A stretch of 64,000 nucleotides of DNA from Fimbriosthenelais zetlandica. Lineage: Eukaryota. The position numbers and the translations under genes are program-made. Positions within the stretch are counted from its first letter, which is position 1; every line of letters starts with the position of its first letter. Shown here one piece after another: positions 11,806 to 23,045 of this stretch. Below the pieces are notes generated by a model, which ran no database searches, was not told the DNA's origin, and saw nothing but the letters and a program-made list of their open reading frames with translations. The stretch covers positions 16,864,001 through 16,928,000 of the forward strand of contig OZ365109.1 of NCBI GenBank assembly GCA_977030845.1, in the 5' to 3' direction.

Positions 11806-14800
11806 TTACTTTGCCGGACCAAATCTCTCCAATCGCTTTCGTTTCTTCTCCTGTGGAATAAAAGTCAGAATGAAACACATTACTTTGAACTAATAATATT
11901 CTTCAAAACATTCATCTTCTTTCGAGGAATTTATATGGTATCATATTAATCTCTTTTAAGCACATAACTGCACTCTCAATAGAGGAGAACACACTAATGG
12001 TAATAATAATTTCCATAGAAAATTTGGTAGTTTTTAAGAGAAAAACTACAGTTAAGGTATAAAAAAATGAAATCATTGAAGGAAATGACTCACGTCAGGC
12101 TCTGTGGACGGTGTGATAGAAGATGTGTTCGTAGTCACAGTCGATCCAAATCTTTGTTTTCTTTTTAAAATACGTTCATCCTCGTCGGTCTGAAATATTT
12201 TTATTATTTGTTAATTTAAAAGGTAAGTAATAATACATGTGTAATTCATAAACTGGATACCTATAAACCAATCTTTCCACACATAAACCAGTAACACCCC
12301 TGGACATCGTTTAAGAATTTCATATCATATTCGTTAAACTGTTTGTTGATGGACTTTAGGTTTTGACTAAACGGATTCGTGCACGAACATTTGCTGGTGT
12401 TTTGGGTTTAGCGTAATTTATAACTATTAAATTTAATTTGTTTCTGATGGAAATTAATTGATGAATTATTTTAATGATTTTTAAAACAGAAATATAATTA
12501 TGGACGTGTAATTTTTTACAACGATACTGTATTGTAAATCGAACAACCTGAAAAATTATGGAAATGTTTAAATAAAAATGTTCAAGATGTCAAAAAAAAA
12601 ATTGAAAACAGTATTTCCGATATACATGGGTCCTAATAAACAAGACTAAAAATGTAAGTAACAGCTAAAGAAGACTTCAATACTTTTATCAGGGAGGAGG
12701 AGACCACAGAGCCAAATCTTTCAGCCCGTTTACGACGCTTCTCCATTTCCTCAGCCGAGACATCCACAGAACCAGCCTTTATAGTAGACGTGGTTTTCGC
12801 AGGAGCAGTGATTGGGATTCCGAACCTTCAACGGAAATGAAAATAAATACTGTACACATGTATAACATCGTTGTTCATGAACTAGAAGCAAATGATCTAA
12901 AGATATTTGTGTTTAAAAAAAATTAAATTTCGGTCTGACGATTTGCTACAAATCGATTTACAATATAACCCACAAATAAGTTTTTTTATTCACTTAGAAC
13001 CTTACCTTTGAGCCCTCGCTAGTTTTTTTGCATCCGCTGATTGAACACCGAACCTTTCAGCACGTTTCACCATAATCTATACAAGGCGAAATAATTTTAC
13101 TGTTTAACTCCACGTAACTGACCGTTTGTTTTTTCATTCCTTAGACCCAAATTTAAATAAAATATTACCACAGACTTCGGACAGACAAAAAATATCAATC
13201 AACTACAGTTAATTATTTACGGGATGCTGATTCCTAAAACACACATATTCAGCGGTTTATTGAAAAATAAGTTTAAATACTACGCATATCATCAATCTAC
13301 GAGTGACAAGTATTAACTAACCGATTCCTTTCCTTCTGCTTCCTATAGAAATGGGATAGAAAATGTTTTGGGAATTCAAGATAACTTGCAATAAAATTAA
13401 CACCCCGAACCATAAATCATTAAGATCTTAAAACTGAATCTTAAAACTAAATCCAAAAAGGTCGCACAGCAGACAAATCCTGGAAATCCAAGAAAAGTTC
13501 AGACGGACGAGATATAATAACAAATATATAACTGGAACTGTATTTTTTTTTAAATCAGAAAATAGGGTAAAACAAGTGTCAATAGCCATGCCTCCGTAAC
13601 AGAAACAGCAATATTAATACTAGGCCTATATGGCATCCAAATTAATATGAATTACCGTACGTACCTCTTCTTGAGTAAGCTTTTTCTCCTCCTTTTCAAT
13701 TTTATCACTGGCAAATGTAATTTTTGTAGGTCTGGAACAAAAATAAAAATTTATTCAGATTCTGAAAATGAAGCGACGTACGGTAGCCGGAGACGGGGAG
13801 AAGAAATGCTAAATTATCTTGTATTCAATTCCCTTAGGATCCCCCTATTTATATTTTGGCTGTATAAGGACGAATGTTTTTACTAGTTTGTGTAGATATT
13901 GCATTTTAAAGTTATTTCTCTGTGTGCTTATGTTTGATGAAGTGTACAAGATAAGTGTCAGCCTTTTGATGCTAAGGGGAAGCTTTGGAATGATGAAATA
14001 AAGCTTGGTAAAACTACCATTTAAGCATTCTCTCTGAAGGACCAAGCTGTGAAAGGATCATTCGGTACCTCAGTTATGATTTTGTATAAAGATGATGAGT
14101 TAGGGTTAATCGTGGTCACTTATTGAGCCACCTTTGACAGGGGTAGGTTCACTAGGCGATTCTCGGGAATATATTATCTTATAGTATAATACAGTTCACG
14201 TTAAAACAAGTTGAGTCTTTGTCTTCCTCATTCCCACAAAACCTCCAGTAAAGGTCCCGGTGAAGAGAGAAGAGCCAGAGGGAGGAGAGGAAAGCCCTTT
14301 CTGAATTTTACAGTTGTATAACTTGGAAAAATGTGGAAATAAATTTACTAAAATGTGGAAATAAATTTACTAAGGTACCGGTACGTTTCCAAATATGGGA
14401 TTTAAATATGGTACTGTATTTAAAATAGGCCTACATATATTATTGTAAAAGAGTGTCTCCTCTCATTTTCAGTTTCATTAACTCAAATCCACTACTGATA
14501 CATACACATTCACGGGTTCTGGAGAAACTTTTTCAACAATTTTCTCTTCTTCCTCTACATCTTCAACATCATTATCTCCAGCTGCTTCCTCGTCACCTTC
14601 CTCCTGATGGTAGTAAAAATTATATTTTTTATATATCATGTGTCCGCAATAAAGCTGATTGATAAAAATACCTGACAGGATCTATTTAGCATATATGGAT
14701 CTAATCAAATCGATATTATTTTTTCTCATTCTATTAGCTACGCCTAGGCCTACTTTTTAAAAATCAACTTACCAATAGTTCATCTTCATTCTCGACCACA

Positions 14801-15641
14801 TCTTCTGCAAAAAAAAATTCCAATACGAACATATTTAGATATTGAATTGCAATTGGAAATTTGATCTGGAAATACACAGAAAATAATGTACCGGTATCTC
14901 TATAATATTAAATACTTAAATTCTTAATACTAATATGATAGCATACCGGGGCCAATCTCGGGAATCTCAGCCTCCGCCTCAGGATCAACCTCAGTGGAGC
15001 TTGCCTCGTGGCTCTGTAAACGAGCTACTAGTTCACTCTTGATTCCTGAGAGACCTAAATTTCGTTCCTTCAATAATCTTTTAAGGTCTGCAACCTATAA
15101 TAAAGAAAGACATTTTATTTACGATTTGATGCAACTTGCATTGCAAGCCAAATTATCAGATTAGTGACTAGATCCTATAAATACTAGGCTACTATAAGTC
15201 AGAGACTTGGGAGGGGTCCAGTTTTAAATTTCTAATCGCGTCCCCTGCCCTTCATTCTCAAAAATTCAATAAGGATTTTAATTTTTAATTTTAGGCCTAG
15301 AAAGCTACTGACGAATGCGAAAAATGTTAATATTCACTAAAAAATAACATCACCACTGATTAGCTTTTATTAACTGTTCCATATGGTTTCATAAATGTGT
15401 AAATATTAGGCCCTCCATGTTATTTCCCTGCCTGGCCTCGGGGAACTTGTTTTGGGAAGCCGACTCCAGCATGTGAGCGATAATAGGTGTATACCATGCG
15501 GCTTTCTAAATTACTGTGTTACAAGGCGAGTATTATTTCCGTATCTAAGACAAAATTATAGCAAAGTTAAAGCAACTACCATTGGCTATCAAGCTAAGTT
15601 AAAATCGTGATGAAAATTACCTTCAGTTTCTCAAAATCCAT
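11806..15641 (-). CDS. SARNP: SAP domain-containing ribonucleoprotein (CIP29/Tho1 family, TREX-associated). Exons 15641-15621, 15094-14947, 14804-14773, 14603-14506, 13731-13665, 13076-13006, 12825-12684, 12189-12094, 11850-11806
   Basis: GT-AG introns, 720 nt = 239 aa + TAA. N-terminal SAP motif (LKVADLKRLLKERNLGLSGIKSELVARLQ), an acidic linker, then repeated basic motifs KRAERFG, ARAQRFG, RKRAERFG, KRKQRFG, KRKRLERFG typical of SARNP. Confidence 0.93.
13322..13342 (-). CDS. Candidate 21-nt in-frame cassette microexon of SARNP (EAEGKES)
   Basis: Transcript strand reads ttttctatcccatttctatAG|GAAGCAGAAGGAAAGGAATCG|GTtagt; it sits in a phase-0 intron and preserves frame. No transcript evidence. 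Confidence 0.4.
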
Positions 15642-16537
15642 GATGTTGTGTACGTGTAGATGCACAGTAAATCAGCAACACAAGGCGTCCAATATCAACT
15701 GGTTCCCAGCTTCCTCTCCCAAAAGGACCGGGGACCAGTAGCGTCAGCTGGCGCCCTCTAGTTGACTATCCTGAAAGTTCCGAATAACCCGCCCAATTAT
15801 CTCAAGGTTTCGTGGCTATAGTCTCAAATGATATTTCAACGGTAGGTCTAGCCTACTCATAAAAATATAGGCCATATGTCTTTCTATCTTTTCTAACAGG
15901 CCTAAACTAGGTATTTGTTTAGAATTATTGTAGCCTATGCTTATAATAGGCCCCTATATTTTAGGCCTACTTTACTAGTAGGCCTATTTATTCTAGGCCT
16001 AAAGTTAGCCTAACTTTAGATGAAATAGGCCCAGGGCCTAATGATTCATAGGCCCTAATCACTTATAAAATAAAATAAAATAGGCTACAGGTAGGCCTAG
16101 GCCTAAATATTTAAAAATTTGGCGGACAATTTTTAATTCCATTTTTTAGGCTAGGCCAATTTGTTAGCGTTAGGCCCTAAGCCTAAAAAAATAAGGGGGG
16201 GGGGCGGGGGCTACCTCCCTCCCCCCCCCCCCAATCCGCGCCTGATATGGTGTAGGCTCTCTGGATTAATGGGCCATTATCATAAACTACCTGTATCTTT
16301 TTAAACGATTATATATGCGGTGGTACTGGTAGTAGGCCTATCTGTGAGTGTACCGGTAGCAGTATATAACCTCCCATACCTCGTCTCTTAGAGTCTTACT
16401 AAATATTACACGTAGGCCTATCCACATTGGAATCTAGGCTACGGTAGGCCAAGGACTATATATAGGCCTATATGCACTATAATACAGCCTAGGCTCGATC
16501 TAATCATTCGAGATCACCAGGACTCCTCTCCAACATC
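15642..16537. promoter_or_regulatory. Short head-to-head intergenic region, probable bidirectional promoter of SARNP and the AKR gene
   Basis: Start codons at 15641 (-) and 16538 (+) are ~0.9 kb apart. Contains a CTCF-like motif (15748-15764, reverse complement CAACTAGAGGGCGCCAG), a GC-box-like GGGGCGGGG (~16200-16210) and dense TAGGCCTA. Confidence 0.6.
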
Positions 16538-19500
16538 ATGGCCAATACAACTGCTCGTAAGGCTGCTCATCATGTAGGATCCCTACTATTGAATAATGGA
16601 AGGAACATGCCTGCCGTGGGATTGGGTACCTTTCAGGGAAGTTATGATTACAAGGTAGGCCTATATGTGTATAAAAGTGCACATTAATTACCGGTACGGA
16701 ACAGGTATCTACTTTGTAGGTTATAGATTGAGAGCCTTGCAATTATCTCCCTGTATTAGTATTATGTCTACAGTAGGCCTACATATTGGCCTATATTATA
16801 TATATAGTGCATACATGTATATAGTAGGCTGTCTAGGCTATAATAGGCCCTACAACATTCACCTTTCTAAAATGTAGGCATAGGCAACATGCTGCATGCA
16901 TATTATACTCCTCTTTACTAACTTCTTTCTTTTTTTAAATTTATTTTTGTGTTTTTTTTTTTAAATATAAGATTTCAGGAGTTTCATTTGTTTGAATTTT
17001 AGTCCAACTTTGACGTGGTTATTGCATCCGTCAGATCAGCGATAGACGCTGGGTATCGTCACTTCGACACTGCCTTCATTTATGACACGGAGAAAGGTCT
17101 CGGTGAAGGCATCAGACAGAAAATAGAAGAGAATGTTATTTGCAGGGAAGATGTATTTATTACAACAAAGGTAGGCAGACATAGAGGCCTACTCATGCAT
17201 GGTTTGCAACGCTGAAACATACTTAGACGAATTGATCATAAAATTAAGAGTACCGGTAATATTCAATGCACCTTGAGTAATAGACTAAATTTATAGCAAA
17301 TAAAATTTTAATAAATAATAATAAAGAAAAAAGAGTAGATCCATGTCCTATAGGCCTAGTAGTATTATGTCTTTATTGCCGGGTTTATAAATAAACCAGA
17401 ATAAGAAATTTTATATGTATTAGTAACATTAGACCTAATATTTCATCAATTCACTCATGCAGCTCTGGTGCACTTCTCATAGGAAAGAATTAGTTGTACC
17501 TGCCCTGAAAAAGAGCCTCTCCACAATGGGACTTGAGTATATTGACATGTTTCTTATCCACTGGCCCATGGCCATGGTCGTAAGTATTGTATTATTAAAT
17601 TTATATATTATTTTTTGTATTATCTGTGTACAAAACATGTACATGTATACCTCATCAGATCTATCTTCTAACAGAGTCAGTGTTTAAATTATGTAGGCCT
17701 ACTCTATTCAAGATGAATGATCATCACTGGATAACTCTACTCGACTTTCCTTTCCCTAAACTTTGTACTAAATTGTACGATTATAATTATATCATTTAAT
17801 GCATTCAAAGCCATCAGAAGAAATTACCCCCAAAGACGAACAGGGTGAAATTATCTTTGAAGACGACCGCACTGATATTACAGAGACCTGGCAGGTAGGT
17901 TACACCATTTTATAACTTTAATTTTTTGCCTATGCAGAGCAAATGGTTTCCGTGTCATGTAATGTTTTACTTAGAGCATATCTAAGGCGTAGGCTACCTT
18001 TCATTTTATTGGTTAATTTTTTTTATATAGGGAATGGAAGAATGTGTTAAGGCAGGCCTGGCCAAGTCCATCGGTGTTTCGAACTTCACAATACAGCAGC
18101 TCAAGCGAATCTTCAATTCCTGCCACATAAAACCTGCCAATATCCAGGTGATTCAGACCAGTACAAATGAGAGCTCACAAATTAGATTCGGCGAGCGATC
18201 TTAAAAAGTAACACATGTATCGGCTCGAGACCATTCAATTTTATTATTATTATTTCAATTTTGAATTCCAATCCTTGGCGAAACTATACAACAGATATCT
18301 TGTATCTTCTTCACTTTTCAGATTGAAATCAACCCTTTCTTTAGTAACATAGAACTAGTGAAGTTTTGCCAGAATGAAGGCCTTGTAGTATCAGCCTTTT
18401 CACCTTTAGGAAAACCGGGTCGAGCGTGGTAAGTTTAGTTTGCGTCAGCCGTCAAAATATTAATATCAACATTTTTCATAATTCTTGAAATGTCAGCATC
18501 TGTTCAAAGTTGTATATAGGATATTAAAATTTCAGGGCCAAGGAAGGCGAACCATCCATCTTAACAGACCCAACACTGAAAGAAATTGGTGAAAAATATA
18601 ATAAATCAGCAGCTCAGGCAAGTTTGCAATAACGTTATTTGATTTGACACAATAATGACATAGCAATTTAATCAGTATTGAAAGATAAGATGTTTTGCAA
18701 GAGGATTTAACCTGGTGGTTGATAAAAATATAGATAATGCATAGGCCCAGTAGGTCTACTGCATTTGGGGGTTGGGATCATCAAGTCGAAATGCCCTTAG
18801 GCCTACTACATTAAATTTAGTACAGGTCTATCCTTTTAAAAACAAATCAATTGTATCATTATATAGAGAGAACCATCGTACAAACATGTGGAAGTCAAGG
18901 TACGACATAGTTATAATCTGTATTCTGCTTTACAGATTGCCCTCAGGTTTCAAATCCAACGAAATATTGTGGTGGTTCCGAAGAGCAATTCCCCAGAGAG
19001 AATAAGGGAAAACTTGGATGTAAGGGTTTTTCCTTATGAATCTTATCACAAATTATTAGGTTGCTTACTGTCTATAGGGCATATTATCTATAACAGTTAC
19101 TATGTTTAACATAACCTTGCATATATGAGATTAGATAAACCCAAAGTAGATAAACCCTAACGCCTAGATATAATATCCAGAGATAAAGTAGCCAGTCTTC
19201 ACCTAAATATCTTCACCTAACAATTCCTATATTATAATCAACCTAACAATTCCTATATTATAATCAACCTATTTCCTATCATGTCCTTTTTCAGATCTTT
19301 GACTTTTGTTTGTCGGAAGAAGATATGGAAAGGGTTCACAAATGTAATGTCGACTTTAAAGTGCTCAAACTTCCACAGTAAGTATGACATAAATAGTTGT
19401 ATTTCGATGGAAATAGATTAGGAATAATGATGACGGGTTTCCATCCAATATTAATTATTAAATGATTGCAGAGAAAATAATAGATACATTGAAATAAAAT

Positions 19501-19574
19501 ATATAACAATTTCGATATCTTATTCTCGTTTCAGTCTTAAGGGATCAAAGGAATTCCCATTCGAAAATGTCTAA
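16538..19574 (+). CDS. Aldo-keto reductase, AKR1 (aldose/aldehyde reductase-like) family. Exons 16538-16654, 17003-17170, 17463-17579, 17811-17894, 18031-18147, 18322-18428, 18536-18617, 18936-19019, 19295-19377, 19535-19574
   Basis: 999 nt = 332 aa + TAA. MPAVGLGTFQ, GYRHFDTAFIY (catalytic D, Y), FITTKLW (K), LIHWP (H), KSIGVSNF, NIQIEINP, SAFSPLG, IALRFQIQRNIVVVPKS..PERIRENLDIFDF. Catalytic tetrad and NADPH-binding motifs are intact; intron 7 has a GC donor. Subfamily not assignable by eye. Confidence 0.95.
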
Positions 19575-22500
19575 CGGACCACTTTTATTTGACCTACATG
19601 ACATAGAAAAATTCTCTTCCGAAAATGAAAAATCAAAAGTGAAATTTACGAAGAAGATGACTGCAAAAGAAGACAACACTGCGAATTATAATAATAATAA
19701 TCAATAATTCCTTTTATTCCGTCCTTCATAAAGTAATTGGTCACAACTCCAATAAGCATGAAGACTGAATGAACTGGATACTCCATTTAATACAAATTGA
19801 TATAACTTCCTACAGCAATCTCGATTAATTTAGACAGTTGTGGGAAAACATGATTTATGTCTAGACATCAATGAACAGACCTGAGTCAAGCTCAATTTCT
19901 CTCGCTGCAACTCACATACATGTATATGCTGTACCCAGGCGAAATATCCAACCAATTCATTCATGTCATACACATTGTTCTACAATACAGAAGGGCAGTG
20001 TCTGCAAAAAATATTCCCAATAATGTCCAATGTCAAATGTAAAAAGAATTATTTTTTTTAGCTTTGGGCAACAATTGCATTGTAATGAGATACCCAATGC
20101 TTTGTCGTTTTCCCAGGGAAAGATGTTATGTACAAATTTTGATTATATATCACATTCTCTCGAGAAGATCTAAATTTCCAAGATATCTTGCACAGTTTAC
20201 ACAACGATTATTGATTAGACTCCCACGAGGTTATCTGTTAGAAAATCTCATATCAAAGATGATGATCTAGCACTATCAACTTCTGAAAACAAGGCAGACA
20301 TTTTAGTAATCAAATTTGTTGGTGTGTAGGCTTCCGTAAACATGTATGACCATTACCAAGTTACAACAAGCATATAGAGGACCACAATCAAATTTTTTCC
20401 TGTATGGCAAAATGTCCTAATGCATTATATCCATGATAAATAAATAGTCAGTTGGACTTGTGTTACACTATATTTTTTCCTATTTCAACAAGGGTTCATA
20501 TAGCCACATCCTCAACCATTCAATAACTTTGACAGGTTATCCCTTAAAATATCCATCACCCAATAATTATTTAATCTGATTATAATATTAATCATCTCAT
20601 TCCTGTATAATCACAATTCTCTACGGAGTTTCTTCTATGTCATCAAAATATCATCATAATATTATATGTACATGTTCAACTGTACAATAGACATAAAAGA
20701 CATTATTCAATTAATATAAATTTGTATACACAATGCTATGTACAATTTTGCCTATCGATATATGAAACGCCACACACATGAACCATGGACGATGATTTTC
20801 CGTTTATAAATTATACAGGAGACAATAATGAAGAGCATAAGAGGATAAAACATCTATTAATGAACCGATAATTGGCCAGATAAGAGAAGTGCCGAAGGAA
20901 ACTTCTGATAAGTAAAAAATGATTTGCAGTTTATATTTTAAACTTGTGGAGGATTGTTTTGCAGAATTGCACTATTTTCCTTATCAAAATGCGTATCTAT
21001 TATTGTAAACTTTTCCTATATTTAGTATAAGGAAAATACCATTTAGGATTGTAAGAATTGTTTTACAATGTAAAGGTATATCACAATTCATGATTGGTAA
21101 TATGAGGGTAGAGAATAGAAAAGCTGAAATCTGCTTCAAAATTGGGAGAAATAATATCAGGGACAAGGAAGTAAATACAATGATTGGAATGTTCTAACAA
21201 GGAATATGCTACAAAATAACATAATTATTAAGAATCAAAACTGTAACCTGTGAAGTGATGAACCACTAATAAGATCTCTAGCTTTCAACGGCAATTGATT
21301 TAATAGTAGATGAACAGCTTTTTGATTTCTTAAAGAGTAGTACATTTTCCGAACAATAAGGTGCACCATCACGGAGCAATACTTTTTCTGACAAAACAAA
21401 TAAATTGGCCGAAGAGGAGAAAAAAAACTAGATGAAAACCAGAGCATCTTAAGTACGAAAGTGAAACACTTATGGTTTTTACAATTTTGTAGAATAATCA
21501 CACCAGTTCGTTTGACCTCATACATTTTAAATAAAGAAGCGTTTGTTATCCATTAGATAATATAGGAGGATAGAGTCATTGTTTAAAGATATGCTGCATG
21601 AATACCACTCGCAAAATGCTCGCTTGACGGATAACACATAATACAATTACAGGCAGATTATGTATCTATACATACACGTACAATGTTTGATATTTCTACA
21701 ATACTTTTAAGATTGAGTACGCTCATCCTATGTGTATCACAAGAAAATGGTTCATACCCTTTTCAAAAAGGTTCCTTCTCTCCGACCCTTCATTTCCAAT
21801 TCATTCGTGCAATCCTGGAGTATATTTATCCGCCATAATTCTCAATGAATCCCTATACCCACGCTCCTTTTGGAATCATTCTAACATAATTCGATTTAGA
21901 CCCTTATCCCCTCCCCCGAGCCACGCGTCGAGAAAAAATAATTATCAATTTTATACACACGTACAAAAATCTTCTGTGGTCAAAACGTGACTGTCTCATA
22001 TTATTACAGATTTAGGAATAAATATATCTGACAGAAATGTAGCAATTGACATTAAAGTTGAAATTTGTATATCAACTTGTCTTTTATCCATAATGTGACT
22101 TCGCAAACCGGATAAAGGACTGTATTACATATAAACTGCCAGAACTTGTATGCGTACAATGTACATTTTCTGTTTTAAAAACAAAAACCCAAATCAATGG
22201 GAAAATGTTTACGATGGTCCCAGAGAAAGGAATCTTAATCAATTGCAGGTAGGGCATTTTCATTTTAACAAAGATGTTATAACAATACTCATATTTACTC
22301 AATTCGTATAAAACACTATTATGAGAATGTGTTGTACATACAGGTGGCTACCAAAAAGGAATGCTTATTTATATTCGAATCATATACACACATGTATATA
22401 TAACATGGTTTTTATTTATGGTAATATATAATATGATTTTTATTTTTGGTAAAGAACATACGTATATGTTCGCCACCATCATCTCTAATTATGTAGGAAA

Positions 22501-23045
22501 AAATATTCCACGCATACAGAAATTCTATAATACAATAACTCCTTCCATACTGCGGTAACTGATTTCATTTCCATGAATTCAACATACTTTTTGCCTCTTA
22601 TTATTGATTCTTCTACCTAACAATCTCGCATACCAAAATCTTTCGCACAAAAACCATAGCTTTTTTTTAATAAGGATCTTCACATACACTTTGGACATGC
22701 ATCTTTCAATGTTAATATTACAGCTCCACATTCAACAGAAAACCTACATTGCTTTTAAGAATATAGAAATATCTGTTGAAGGGATTTGGGGAAAAATCAT
22801 CAGTGAGATAAATATCAATTGTGAGAAAACAATAATAGATTATTAAAAACTTTTACCCGTCCTATATACTAGGAGCTCCTTTCATTTTCCTCTTGAAACC
22901 ATTGAAGAACAGAAACCTGGGTGTATTAGAGATGCGGGTCTTCTGTACATAACACATGCCGCATGGTAGGCTATCCCTATAATGTCAAACTTGTGAACTG
23001 TACTATGGAGAATATGTGAGTGTAGATTGTAAGCTATGAATTTTG

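Noticed and set aside
14030-14320. GC-richer stretch in SARNP intron 4 as a snoRNA or poison exon
   Set aside because: The only C-box-like motif (GATGATGA) is on the wrong strand and no box pair or clear exon boundaries could be supported.
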